From the NCBI GenBank assembly GCA_965250285.1, contig OZ252299.1, positions 64,001-128,000 of the forward strand: a stretch of DNA of 64,000 nt. The letters run 5' to 3'. The first letter of the stretch is position 1, and the number at the start of each line of letters is the position of its first letter. The position numbers and the translations under genes are program-made. The stretch comes from Myxococcota bacterium. Lineage in GTDB: Bacteria; Myxococcota_A; UBA9160; UBA4427. Positions 19,172-29,261 of this stretch are shown here, piece after piece. The notes under the pieces are model-generated. The model saw nothing but the letters and a program-made list of their open reading frames with translations. It was not told the origin of the DNA and searched no databases.

Positions 19172-20367
19172 GAGCGGTCGTCGCGCCTCTGGCTGCGCTG
19201 CTTCACGTCCTCGTAGGTGAAGCGCGGGCGGCCGCTTCGATTCACGTCGGCGGGGGCGAGCGCCCCGATCCGTTCGAACCGCCCTTCATCGAGGGCGCGC
19301 CGAAAACCGACGATGCGCGCGCGCAGGTCGTCGGGCTTGCCCGTGCCGCCCGAGCCGAGTCCGTCGGTCACGAAGTGGTTGACCGTGGCCTGAAAGCCGA
19401 GACGCGCCAACAGCTTCGGGCTGGCCCGGTCGAGCACGTCGGGGTGGACCGTCAGCTGCCAGTTCTCCTGGGTCGTCATCCAGGGCTTCACACAGCTGTT
19501 GGTGAGGATGATGCGTTCGTGGTCGCTGCGGTTGGCGCCCGTCCCGTGCAGCAACCGGCCGTCCATGAGCAGCACGGTCCCGGCCGGTGCCTCGGTATTG
19601 ATCGCAGGCGGCAGGGCACCCACGGCTTCTCGACGCGTCACGGCTTCTGCGATCGTGCGGTGTGAACCCGGGATCACGAGCGTGCCGCCATTTCGCTCAT
19701 CGACATCGTCGAGCAGGCTGATCACGTTGACCAGCACAGGCGCTTCGACCATCACCCAGGGCAGGATCGCCGTTTGATCGAGATGCAGACCCTGCGGATG
19801 ACACCCCGAGAACGCGATGTTCGAAATGAAGCTGTAGAAGCGAAAGCCGGGACCGAGCGTCTCCTTCAACATCTGCTCGACGAGGGCGGACGCCTGCATC
19901 GCCTCGGGGTCGAACTCGAGCACGCGCCCGAAGATCTCGCCCTTGTTGATCAGGGACCACACGAGCTGCAGGAAGGGCGTCGGCTCGGAGAGCTTCGCGA
20001 TGCGCTCGGCCTCGGCCTGCTCGGCGACGCGAGTGCGCAGCATGTCGGTCTGTGCAGCCGAGTATCCCTGCTCGACCAGCGCATAGCCCCACGCGTGCAG
20101 ATCGTGGCGAATGCGGTCGATGTCCTTCGTCGGCCGGGGCAGGTCGACGTGCTTCCAATGCGGGTGCTTTCGGCCTGTCGTGGTGTCCCAGTACCCGCCC
20201 GACTCGGGCAGAGGCTTCGCGTAGTCGGGGGGCTGAAGCCAGGGGTTGTTCGCGATCATCGACGCATAGGGCTCACGCGAGCTCAGGAACGGCACATAGG
20301 CCTGGTCGGCCCCATCGCCCGATCGGGCGCGCACGTGCTCGGGTGTGAACTCTTCGGGGATGCTCAA
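19168..20367 (-). CDS. phytanoyl-CoA dioxygenase (PhyH) family Fe/2OG oxygenase
   Basis: QGLHLD, NGGTLVIPGSH, LLHGTGAN...R. Confidence 0.88.
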   Translation of the reverse strand: MSIPEEFTPEHVRARSGDGADQAYVPFLSSREPYASMIANNPWLQPPDYAKPLPESGGYWDTTTGRKHPHWKHVDLPRPTKDIDRIRHDLHAWGYALVEQGYSAAQTDMLRTRVAEQAEAERIAKLSEPTPFLQLVWSLINKGEIFGRVLEFDPEAMQASALVEQMLKETLGPGFRFYSFISNIAFSGCHPQGLHLDQTAILPWVMVEAPVLVNVISLLDDVDERNGGTLVIPGSHRTIAEAVTRREAVGALPPAINTEAPAGTVLLMDGRLLHGTGANRSDHERIILTNSCVKPWMTTQENWQLTVHPDVLDRASPKLLARLGFQATVNHFVTDGLGSGGTGKPDDLRARIVGFRRALDEGRFERIGALAPADVNRSGRPRFTYEDVKQRSQRRDDRS

Positions 20368-20403
20368 CGCGACCTCCGAATTCGGTGGCGCGGACAGGAG
20401 CGC

Positions 20404-21150
20404 CTACTGAAGCCCCATCGCCTGACCGCCGTCGATGGGCACGGCGGCGCCCGTCATGAAGCGGGCGTGTTCGCTGCACAGGAACGCGGCGACATGGCCG
20501 AAGTCGCGCGGGTCGCCGATCTCGCCGGCCGGGACGCCCTTGGCCAGGTCGGTCACCGCACCCGGACTCATCTGGCTGAGCCGGTCGGTCAGGTGCACGC
20601 CGGGCTGAACCGAGTTCACGGTCACGCCCCGCGGCGCGACCTCGGTCGCCAGCGTCTTGAGAAAACCCGTCACACCGGCCCGCGCCGTGTTGGACAGGAT
20701 CAGTGTCCCGATCGGCTGCCTCACCGAGATCGACGTGATCGCAACGACACGCCCCCAGCCGCGCTCACACATGTCGGGCACCGCCGCCTTGCACATCGCC
20801 ACGGTCGACAGCAGGTTCAGCTCGAGCGCGGGCAGATAGGCGTCGAGGTCGGTCGACGCGAAGCCACCGAGCGGCGGCCCACCCGCATTCGGCACGAGAA
20901 TGTCGATCTCGCCGAGCGCCTTGGTCGCCTGTGCGACGAAGTCGGTGGCGCCCTCGGGCGTGCTCACGTCGGCGATGAGCGGCGTCGCGAGCTCGCCCAT
21001 CTCGTCGGCGGCCGCCTGCACGCGTGCGCCGTCGCGACCGCAGATGGCGACCTGCACGCCCGCCTCGACCAATGCTCGCGCGGTGTGCATGCCGAGTCCG
21101 GCCGACGAGCCGGCGACGGCCGCACGCCGCCCAGCGATTCCGAGATCCAT
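20404..21150 (-). CDS. SDR oxidoreductase
   Basis: MDLGIAG, GSSAGLG, NAGGPP, SNTAR. Confidence 0.9.
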   Translation of the reverse strand: MDLGIAGRRAAVAGSSAGLGMHTARALVEAGVQVAICGRDGARVQAAADEMGELATPLIADVSTPEGATDFVAQATKALGEIDILVPNAGGPPLGGFASTDLDAYLPALELNLLSTVAMCKAAVPDMCERGWGRVVAITSISVRQPIGTLILSNTARAGVTGFLKTLATEVAPRGVTVNSVQPGVHLTDRLSQMSPGAVTDLAKGVPAGEIGDPRDFGHVAAFLCSEHARFMTGAAVPIDGGQAMGLQ

Positions 21151-21304
21151 CTTGGCTCCCATGTCGTGGCGGCACCGGTGCGTGGGCCGCGCGATTTCGT
21201 CGAGCCGACCCGTGCCGGCCCGACCGATTGTCGCTCAGGTGAGCGCGTTGCAAAGCCCCCGTCGACCCTCTCGCCGGTCGGCAGGTCGGGTCGAGTCGCT
21301 CCGC

Positions 21305-22069
21305 TCAGGCGAACGTGACGCCGAGCCCGAGGCCGCCGTCGACCTCGAGCACTGCGCCCGTCGTCCACTCGGCGCGGGCCAGGTACTCGATCGCCTCGGC
21401 GATCTCTTCGGGCGTACCGATGCGGCCGAGCGCGTGCATCCCCGACATGCCTTCGAGGCGTTCGCGGGCGGCCTGGTCGTCGAACAGGCCGGCGCGCTGG
21501 TTGATCTCGGTCAGGACGGCGCCCGGAACGACGCAGCCGACGCGAATCCCCGCACCCCCGAGCTCGGCCGCCAGCACCTTCGTGAGGGCTTCGAGCGCGC
21601 CCTTGGTTGCGGCGTAGGGAGAAGCGCCCGGAAAGGCGCGTCGGTTGTGCACCGAGCCGATGAAGATCACGCAGCCGTTCGCATCGGCGAGCGCGTCGTG
21701 CGCGGCGCGGGTCAGCATCATGCCGCCGACGACGTTCGAGTTGAAGACGTCGAGCAGCGCCTGCTCGCTGTACTCGGTGACCGCCTGACGCAGCATGTTG
21801 CCGGCATTGTTCACGAGCAGGTCGAGACGACCCCCGTGCTCGGTCGCGCGAGCGACCATCGCCGTGCGATCGGCCTCGTTCGTGACGTCCCCGGCCACCG
21901 CGGCGCAGCCGGCGCCGATGTCCCGGGCGACCGCCTCGATCTTGTCGGGTCGCCTGCCGCTGATCGTGACGCGCGCCCCCCGCGCTGCGAAGTGTCGCGC
22001 CATCCCTTCACCCAGCCCCGAGCCTCCGCCCGTGATGAGCACGTTCATGCCTTCGATCGGGCGCATCAA
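21305..22069 (-). CDS. SDR oxidoreductase
   Basis: TGGGSGLG, NNAG, YAATK. Confidence 0.92.
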   Translation of the reverse strand: MMRPIEGMNVLITGGGSGLGEGMARHFAARGARVTISGRRPDKIEAVARDIGAGCAAVAGDVTNEADRTAMVARATEHGGRLDLLVNNAGNMLRQAVTEYSEQALLDVFNSNVVGGMMLTRAAHDALADANGCVIFIGSVHNRRAFPGASPYAATKGALEALTKVLAAELGGAGIRVGCVVPGAVLTEINQRAGLFDDQAARERLEGMSGMHALGRIGTPEEIAEAIEYLARAEWTTGAVLEVDGGLGLGVTFA

Positions 22070-22788
22070 TGGTCTCCGATTTCTGCGTCGCGACCGAGCA
22101 ACCAGAGCGCGGCGCGGGCGAGGATGCGTGCATGCGTGGGCTCGATCAGCGACGCCACGTCGTGTCCGAGGGCGTCGTAGACGACCCGACCCGCGCCGTA
22201 CGGGCGCGCCCAGAGCAGCGGCTGAGGTGGCGCGCCGTCGCCGGGCAACGCCTCGATCAGCCCTCGCACGTCGTCGCGCAGCGACAGCCGCGTGTAGACC
22301 TCATCGTTCAGCTCGAACGCGCCGGTGCCGGCGGTGATCGGGTGTGCGTCGTCGGTCGGTGTCACGCGAACCGGGCCGAGCGGCGGATGATAGGACTCGC
22401 CCCAGACCCAATCGGCGCCGAGCACATCGCCCCAGCCCGACCACGAATCGAAGCAGATGGAGGCCGTGTGCAGGCCGAGCAGACCGCCGCCCCCCTCGAC
22501 ATGCTCTGAGATCGTCTTGCGGCCGGCCTCCGACAGCTCGAAGAACCACTCGTCGCGGTAGAGGTCGTACTTCTCGCCCGCCATGCGCCAGCGCAGCAGA
22601 TTGACGGTCAGCAGGTCGGGCCGCGTCTCGCGCGCGTGCGCGAGACCCGCCTCGACGTCGTCGAAGATCATCGTCTCGACGCCGAGCGAGGCCAGCGACT
22701 GCGAGAGATGCGACGACGTGCCGTGGAACGGGTGGAAGATGCCGCCCGTGACGAGCACGTTCTTCTGCGGTCGGTCGGGCGCAGTCAT
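22066..22788 (-). CDS. ThuA (trehalose-utilisation/class I GATase-like) domain protein
   Basis: GGGLLGLHTA, HPP, DEVY, GRVVYDALGHD. Confidence 0.85.
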   Translation of the reverse strand: MTAPDRPQKNVLVTGGIFHPFHGTSSHLSQSLASLGVETMIFDDVEAGLAHARETRPDLLTVNLLRWRMAGEKYDLYRDEWFFELSEAGRKTISEHVEGGGGLLGLHTASICFDSWSGWGDVLGADWVWGESYHPPLGPVRVTPTDDAHPITAGTGAFELNDEVYTRLSLRDDVRGLIEALPGDGAPPQPLLWARPYGAGRVVYDALGHDVASLIEPTHARILARAALWLLGRDAEIGDH

Positions 22789-23552
22789 TCGGTCTGCTCG
22801 ACGCTCTTCGGTCGCGGCAGCTGGCCGATGATGCCCATCGTCACGCCGCCGTCGACGAGCAGGTTCTGGCCCGTGATGTAGCTCGCGCCCTCGCCGGCGA
22901 GAAAGAGCACCGCGTCGGCGATGTCGTCGGGCACGCCGAGGCGGCCGAGCGGCACCTTTGACTCGCGCGCCTGGCGGGTCTCGGGGTCGGCGTAGATCGG
23001 CGCCGACATGCCGCCGTCGATCAGCCCTGGCGCAACCGCATTGACGCGGACGCCTTGCGGTCCCCACTCGAACGCCATCTGCTGGGTGAGCAGGGCCACG
23101 CCGGCCTTGGTCGAGCCATAGGCGCCGGCATTCGGACCCGGAGCGACGCCGTTCATCGACGTCACGTTCACGATGGCCCCGCCACCCCGGGCGACCATAC
23201 GTTTCGCGGCGGCCCGCGCGACCACGAACGTGCCGGTGAGGTTGACGTCGACGACCGCGCGCCAATCCGAGGTCGAGAGGTCGAGCAGCGGACCGAAACG
23301 CACGATGCCCGCGTTGTTGACGACGAGGTCGGGCACGTCGCCGAACGCGTCGAACGCCGCTTCGACGGCCGGCTCGTCGCTCACGTCGGCGACGAGCGGC
23401 ATCGCGCCCTCGATGCGCGCCGCGCAGGCCTCGGTCGGCTCACGCATCAGATCCAGCACGCCGACGCGATAGCCGGCCGCGGCGCAGCGCTCGGCGATGC
23501 GCGCGCCCAGGCCGGCCGCGGCGCCGGTGACGATGGCGGTCGGGGTGGTCAC
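22785..23552 (-). CDS. SDR oxidoreductase
   Basis: GTG start overlapping the P450 stop; TGAAAGLG, NNAG, YGSTK. Confidence 0.9.
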   Translation of the reverse strand: MTTPTAIVTGAAAGLGARIAERCAAAGYRVGVLDLMREPTEACAARIEGAMPLVADVSDEPAVEAAFDAFGDVPDLVVNNAGIVRFGPLLDLSTSDWRAVVDVNLTGTFVVARAAAKRMVARGGGAIVNVTSMNGVAPGPNAGAYGSTKAGVALLTQQMAFEWGPQGVRVNAVAPGLIDGGMSAPIYADPETRQARESKVPLGRLGVPDDIADAVLFLAGEGASYITGQNLLVDGGVTMGIIGQLPRPKSVEQTE

Positions 23553-24838
23553 GAGAGCGGGGCCTCCGGTGGGTGGGCGTTCGAAGAGGGCGGCTTCGCC
23601 TCGTCCGCGACGGCGAGTGTGGCGTCGAAGCGAACCGGGTAGCGGCCCCAGTTGCCTCGGCTGGTCGCCGCATCGCGCGTCGCTGGGTCTTCTGGGTCGG
23701 GCCGCGCGCCGCGCTGCAACAGCGTCCAGGCGAGGCGGGGCACGGTGCCGAGCAGGTGTCCCTCGTCGTGCTCGCGCGATGAACCCGGCACGAGACCGGC
23801 CGCGAGATCCTGGCCGAGACAGGCGTGCAGGCCCGTCCCGAACCCGAGGCCGAAGGGTTTCTGGCCTTCGGCGATCTCGCGCTCGGGGTCGAAGAGGTCG
23901 GGGTTTCGGCCGAACACGTCGGGGCTGCGGTTCGCGTACTGCAGCTCGAGGACGACGAGGTCTTCGGGCCCGAGCTCGATGCCATCCGGGTGATCGCGGC
24001 ACTCGAAGCGAATGCGCTTCGTCGGGCGCCGCCACGCCACCGGACTTGCCGGATGCAGACGCATCGCCTCGTGCACGCAGCGCTGCACGAAGATCGGATC
24101 GCGCTGGAGGCGCTCGGCATCGGCCGGTCGCGCCTCGATCCACATGAAGAGCGCATGCATCGCGTGAGCGGTTGAGTTGACCGTGCTGTGCGCGCCGGCT
24201 TGCAGATAGAAGGCGATCTCGCGTCGGAGCGTCTCGTACGGCAGATGGAGCGCGTCTTCGTTGCGCAGCAGCACCGTGAGGACGTCTTTCGGGAGCGCCT
24301 CCTCGTCGATCGCTCCGGCTTCGAAGCGGTCGATGAGCGCGCGGCGGCGCTCGATCGAATCGCCGAGAAAACGCGCCTCGAGCACGTCGAGGGCCTCGAC
24401 GCACTCGGCCCGCACCTCGTCCTTGTCGCGGGTCGAGTGGACGAGGGTTGCCCCTTCGCTGAACTTGCGGACGAGCGCGAGCAGCGCGTCGGTCGCGTCG
24501 TCGTCGCCGGCGGGCAGGTCGACGCCCGAGAAGTGCGCCGTGAAGTTCATCGAGGTGCGATAGCCGAGCTCGATCAGGTCGGCGTGGCCCACGGCGAGGA
24601 AGGGCGCGAGGCTTCGTTCGATCAGCTGAGGGATCACCTCGCGCTCGTAGTACGCGAACACACTGCGATTGAACACGCGATTGACGAGCTTTCGGCGGGC
24701 CTTGTGCTCGGCGCCGTGCAGGTTCAGCAGCACGTCCTTCATCACGACCCAGCCTTCGTCGTACATCGCCTGTCGCAGATCGCGGTGGCGATACGCGCGG
24801 ACGAGGTCGTCGAACGTGGTGAGGGTGAGGGTGGTCAA
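23549..24838 (-). CDS. cytochrome P450
   Basis: EAMR (ExxR), FDPER, FGTGLHACLG heme-Cys motif. Confidence 0.95.
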   Translation of the reverse strand: MTTLTLTTFDDLVRAYRHRDLRQAMYDEGWVVMKDVLLNLHGAEHKARRKLVNRVFNRSVFAYYEREVIPQLIERSLAPFLAVGHADLIELGYRTSMNFTAHFSGVDLPAGDDDATDALLALVRKFSEGATLVHSTRDKDEVRAECVEALDVLEARFLGDSIERRRALIDRFEAGAIDEEALPKDVLTVLLRNEDALHLPYETLRREIAFYLQAGAHSTVNSTAHAMHALFMWIEARPADAERLQRDPIFVQRCVHEAMRLHPASPVAWRRPTKRIRFECRDHPDGIELGPEDLVVLELQYANRSPDVFGRNPDLFDPEREIAEGQKPFGLGFGTGLHACLGQDLAAGLVPGSSREHDEGHLLGTVPRLAWTLLQRGARPDPEDPATRDAATSRGNWGRYPVRFDATLAVADEAKPPSSNAHPPEAPLS

Positions 24839-24848
24839 CGCACCGCGC

Positions 24849-26195
24849 TCAGTCAGCGGCGCCGAGGTCGTTCGCGCGCTGCCAGGTGAGCGCCTGCTCG
24901 CTCCAGACGCCGATCTTCTCGCCGGGCAGCGGGTCGCGCGTCGGCCAGGGCTCGGTGAGGTCGACGGCGCGCCCCTTCGAGATCACGGCGCGCAGCCGGC
25001 TGCGATCGCCGAGGATTCGGATGTCCTGCAGTGGGTCGCCGTCGACGACGATCACGTCGGCCTTCATGCCGTCGGCGACCACCCCGATCTCGCCTTCCAT
25101 CTTGAGCGCCCGGGCGCCCTCGCTCGTCGCGGTGCGGATCGCTTCGAGGGGCGTCAGGCCGAGGTGCTTGACGAAGACCTCCATCTCGCGCGCGTGCCAG
25201 TGGCCGTAGGGTGTGAGCGAGAAGCCGCTCTCCGAGCCCGACACCATCGGCACGCCGAGGTCGTATGCCTTGCGCAGCCATCCGCTCGAATCGTCGATCT
25301 CGCGCCGGAACAGGTCGATCAGGGCCGGTGTGGCGCCGACCTTGTGACCGAAGTCGGCCAGGTTGGCCTGGAACGTGAGCGTCGGCGTGATCGCCACCCC
25401 GTGCTCGACGACGGCTTCGAGCGCTTCGTCGTCGAGGTTGGTCGCGTGCAGGATCATGTCGACGCCGGCGCGGGCGCAGTCTCGCGTCGACGAGGCATTG
25501 CGGCAGTGCGCCACCACCGGGATCCCGAGATCGTGGGCGGTGTCGCAGACGGTGCGCAGCTCGTCGAGCGTCCACACCTGGATCTCGCCCTGGGCCCGCT
25601 GCCGGGGGATGAGCCCGGTGGCGTGGATCTTGATCCAGTCGACGCCCGATTTGATCTGGCGCCGCGTCGTCGTGATCATCTCGTCCTTCGTGTTGACGAT
25701 CTGGGCGTAGCCGCGGTTGCCTTCGTTCGGGATCAGCAGCCCGGCCGTGCCGCCGACCGCGGTGAGCAGCGCGTTGCCGCCCGTGGCCATGCGCGGCCCC
25801 GGGATCACGCCCGCCTCGATCGAGTCGCGCAGATCGACACCGAGGTTGAACAGTACGTCGGCGTCGAGAAAGCCCGTCACGCCGGCGAGCAGCAGCTTCT
25901 TCACGCTCTGGGTCGCGACGAGGGCGGCCAGGCCCTCGCGTCGGTGGAAGAAGAGCTCGTCGTTCGACTGGGGCTCGGCGAACGTGACGTGGCAGTGGGC
26001 GTCGATGAGACCGGGCATCACCGTGCACCCGCTCGCGTCGATGCGCTCGACGTCTTCGCGCCCCTTGGCTGCATCGCGCGCGCCGAAGCCGACGGCGACG
26101 ATCTCGTCGCCGTCGATCAGCAGCGCTTCGAGAGCCCGCGGCTCGGCCCCGGTCCCATCGATGAGCGTTCCGTTCTCGATCAGGATGGCCGACAT
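24849..26195 (-). CDS. metal-dependent amidohydrolase
   Basis: MSAILIENG, PGLIDAHCH, DWIKI, AH, ADVIVVDGDP. Confidence 0.9.
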   Translation of the reverse strand: MSAILIENGTLIDGTGAEPRALEALLIDGDEIVAVGFGARDAAKGREDVERIDASGCTVMPGLIDAHCHVTFAEPQSNDELFFHRREGLAALVATQSVKKLLLAGVTGFLDADVLFNLGVDLRDSIEAGVIPGPRMATGGNALLTAVGGTAGLLIPNEGNRGYAQIVNTKDEMITTTRRQIKSGVDWIKIHATGLIPRQRAQGEIQVWTLDELRTVCDTAHDLGIPVVAHCRNASSTRDCARAGVDMILHATNLDDEALEAVVEHGVAITPTLTFQANLADFGHKVGATPALIDLFRREIDDSSGWLRKAYDLGVPMVSGSESGFSLTPYGHWHAREMEVFVKHLGLTPLEAIRTATSEGARALKMEGEIGVVADGMKADVIVVDGDPLQDIRILGDRSRLRAVISKGRAVDLTEPWPTRDPLPGEKIGVWSEQALTWQRANDLGAAD

Positions 26196-26218
26196 CGCGA
26201 ACCCCCGGGCGCTCCGCC

Positions 26219-27955
26219 TCAGGCGGTGGTCTTCGTCTCGAACAGCTCGTCGCGCAGCGGGAAGCGCTCGTAGACACGGGCGACGATCTCGTCGGGCACG
26301 TCCCACACGGCCTGCTGCGGGCCGACGGCGTCGGTCGTCATCCACTCGGGCAGCCGGTCGTCTTCGGGCTTGAAGCCGGCCCTGCGATTGAACGCCCACT
26401 CCTCCTCGAGGATGCGCCAGCCGAGATCGGCGATCGCTTGGCGGCTGACCTCTTTGCCGTAGAGGTGCGAGTAGAACCCGCGCAGGTCGTCGAGCGTCGT
26501 CTGCAAGAAGTGGCAGCAGCCCGACGAGTCGTTGGTCGCGATCACGAGCTGCAGCTCCTGCGAGCGAATCGCGAGCTCGCTCTGCGGCACCGACGGATCC
26601 ATGATCAGGCCGGCCGTATGGTCGGCGCCCTGCGCGCTGGTCGCGTAGCACATGCCGGTCGCGTGCAGCGTCCGCGGCTCCCACGCCGCGATCGCTTGGC
26701 CCTTCACCACGGGCAGGCGCTGGTGGCCGGTGTACTCGCCGGTCGTCTGGGCGCCGTCGCCGATGGTGCGGCCGACCTCGCTGCCCGCCGAGATCTCGTC
26801 GAAGAGCTTCTTCATGCCCGAGAGGTCGCCGTACTCCATCCGGCCGGCGTCCATGTAGACGCCGATCGCGGCGCCGGTCTCGATCGTGTCGAGGCCGACG
26901 TCGTCGCAGAGCCGGTCGAGCTCGGCGACCGCGTCCCACTCGTAGATGCCGCAGTTCGACCCGAGCAGGGCGAGTGTCTCGAACTCGAGCGCGCTGGTGC
27001 GGTAGCTGCCGTCGGGCGCATGAACCTCGTTGCTGCACTGGACGATGCACCCTGTCATGCAGTTGTGCATCTCGCCGCCGCGCTCCTCGAAGCTCGCCAT
27101 GATGCCGCTGCCGTCGAGGCCCTCCCACTGCTCGCTCTGCACGCCCTCGCGGTTGTTCGTGGGCAGGGAGGCGAGGGCGTTGGCGGCGCCCACGAAGGCC
27201 GAAGTGCCGCCCGCGAAGATCTGCGGTGCGTCGAGGGTCGCGCGGCTGAAGCTCTTGACGAGCGCCATGAACTCCTTCATCTCGGCGGGCCTGCGCACGG
27301 GCAGCTTGCCAGGGTCGACCGAGACGTACTTGAGACCCTTGGCGCCCATGACGGCACCCATGCCACCGCGCGCCGCGTGGCGCGTCGGGTAGCGGTTGCC
27401 CTGATCGGTGCACGCAATCGATGCACCCTTGAGGCCGAGCTCGCCCGCCGGGCCGATCACGATGAACGAGGTCGTGTCGGTGGCCTTCTGGCCGAGCCCC
27501 TCGACGAGCTCGTAGTTCCACTTGCCGGTCGTCTCGGGGGCCTCGACGAGCCGTGCGCCGTCGGCGTCGATATGCAGGCCGTAGCGCTGTTCGCGGTCGG
27601 CGGCCTGCCCCTTCACCACGATGCCGCGAATGCCGAGCTTCATCAGATGCTGGCCGGGCTCACCGCCGGCGTTGGCTTCCTTGATGCCGCCGGTGAGCGG
27701 GCTCTTCGCGCCGAAGCTGATGCGGCCACTGGTCGGGACCGCGGTGCCCGAGAGCACGCCCGGGGCCATCACGAGCACGTTGTCGGGGCCGAGCGGGTCA
27801 CACGTCGGATCGCACTCTTCGGTGAGCACGCGCGAGATGAGCGCCCGCCCGCCGAGCAGCTGCCACTCGGAGGGATACGGCGTGAACTCGATCTCGCCGG
27901 TGGACATGTCGACGCGCAGCAGTCGGTCGTCGCTCGGGTCGGCGCCCTTGGCCAT
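26219..27955 (-). CDS. aldehyde:ferredoxin oxidoreductase family (W/Mo bis-pterin)
   Basis: KSPLTGGIKEANAGG, ARGGMGAVMGAKGLK, CMTGCIVQC, EFET, DDVGLDTI. Confidence 0.93.
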   Translation of the reverse strand: MAKGADPSDDRLLRVDMSTGEIEFTPYPSEWQLLGGRALISRVLTEECDPTCDPLGPDNVLVMAPGVLSGTAVPTSGRISFGAKSPLTGGIKEANAGGEPGQHLMKLGIRGIVVKGQAADREQRYGLHIDADGARLVEAPETTGKWNYELVEGLGQKATDTTSFIVIGPAGELGLKGASIACTDQGNRYPTRHAARGGMGAVMGAKGLKYVSVDPGKLPVRRPAEMKEFMALVKSFSRATLDAPQIFAGGTSAFVGAANALASLPTNNREGVQSEQWEGLDGSGIMASFEERGGEMHNCMTGCIVQCSNEVHAPDGSYRTSALEFETLALLGSNCGIYEWDAVAELDRLCDDVGLDTIETGAAIGVYMDAGRMEYGDLSGMKKLFDEISAGSEVGRTIGDGAQTTGEYTGHQRLPVVKGQAIAAWEPRTLHATGMCYATSAQGADHTAGLIMDPSVPQSELAIRSQELQLVIATNDSSGCCHFLQTTLDDLRGFYSHLYGKEVSRQAIADLGWRILEEEWAFNRRAGFKPEDDRLPEWMTTDAVGPQQAVWDVPDEIVARVYERFPLRDELFETKTTA

Positions 27956-28113
27956 CGTGCTCTCCTTGATCTATGTGACTCGGTGTCGGGCTCGCAGACC
28001 GACACGGGTACCTTCTGCGGCTCGTCCAGTGCGACCGGATCGAGCCCCTTCACACCCCTCTCGGCGTGCGAAGCCGTCGCGAGAGTCTATCACTCGATCC
28101 GCTGCGGCGGCGC

Positions 28114-29106
28114 TCAGGCGATGCGCAGCAGTCGCCGCGCGTTCGCTGCCAGCTTTGGCGCCAGATCGCCCAAGCCTTCGTGAACGCCCTGATCCCAGCC
28201 CGCGAAGTTCGTGCCCCAGACGAGACGCTCGTCCCCGACCGCGGCGCGCAGCAGCTCGAGGCTGCGCGGATCGTGCACATGCACGTCGAACCAGATACGC
28301 GACATCTCGGCCTCGAACGCGCCATCCGGGCGCAGCCGTTCGGGCGACCAGGGGCGCTTGCGCGCGGCGCACGCCATGCGGCCCTGCAGGAAGGGCGCGC
28401 CGCCGCCGCCGTGGCTCAGGCAGACGTCGAGCGACGGGTGGCGATCGAGCACGCCGCCGAAGACGAGAGTCGCGACGGCGAGGCTCTCTTCGGCCGCAAA
28501 GCCGAGCACCAGGTCGAGGTCGAAGCGCCGCAGGCGCGGGTCACCGGCAGGGCCATCGATGCCTGCCGGCGCCGGGTGCAGGAAGAGCGGCACGTTCTGC
28601 GCGACGACGGCGGCGTAGAAGTCGTCGAGCTCGGGTGCGTCGAGCTCGAGCCCGAACTCGGTGCCGACGTAGGCACCGACCAGTCCCAGGTCGCCGCAGG
28701 CGCGTTCGAGCTCGCGGGCCGCCTCTTTGGGCGATTGCATCGGCAGCGCCGCGAACCCGGCCAGCCGCTCGGGGTGACCGGCGACGAGCTCGGCGAGCAC
28801 GTCGTTGTGTTTGCGACAGAAGTCGAGGGCTTCCCCCGGATCGATGTGATGGAAGTACGTGAGCGGGTTCGGCGAGAGCACCTGCAGGTCGATGCCGGCT
28901 GCGTCCATCGCGGCGAGCCGAAGATCGACATCCATGAACGGCGAGCCGCGGTACTTCACGCCGTCGAGTCGATACTCGCCGACGCGAAACCAGGGCACGC
29001 CGCAGTCGTCGGCGCCGAGCTCGGGCCCGTGCGCGCCCGCCGCGCCCATGACTTCTTCGAGGACGACGTGGGCGTGCACATCGATCGTGGTCGGACGTGA
29101 GGCCAT
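28114..29106 (-). CDS. amidohydrolase-2 family (ACMS decarboxylase-like)
   Basis: IDVHAH, LFLHP, SHGGG, WGTNF. Confidence 0.88.
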   Translation of the reverse strand: MASRPTTIDVHAHVVLEEVMGAAGAHGPELGADDCGVPWFRVGEYRLDGVKYRGSPFMDVDLRLAAMDAAGIDLQVLSPNPLTYFHHIDPGEALDFCRKHNDVLAELVAGHPERLAGFAALPMQSPKEAARELERACGDLGLVGAYVGTEFGLELDAPELDDFYAAVVAQNVPLFLHPAPAGIDGPAGDPRLRRFDLDLVLGFAAEESLAVATLVFGGVLDRHPSLDVCLSHGGGGAPFLQGRMACAARKRPWSPERLRPDGAFEAEMSRIWFDVHVHDPRSLELLRAAVGDERLVWGTNFAGWDQGVHEGLGDLAPKLAANARRLLRIA

Positions 29107-29261
29107 CAGCGCCCACGAGGGTACCGCGAATGCGACGGTGCGTAGGGGGCGACTCGGTGACCGAGCGGGACACGGGCCCGGGTGAATCCGGCATGCCCCG
29201 GGCCATAGCCCGGCTCGATCTCGGCGGACTAGACTCTCGCACCCAACGGGAGACCTTGAAC

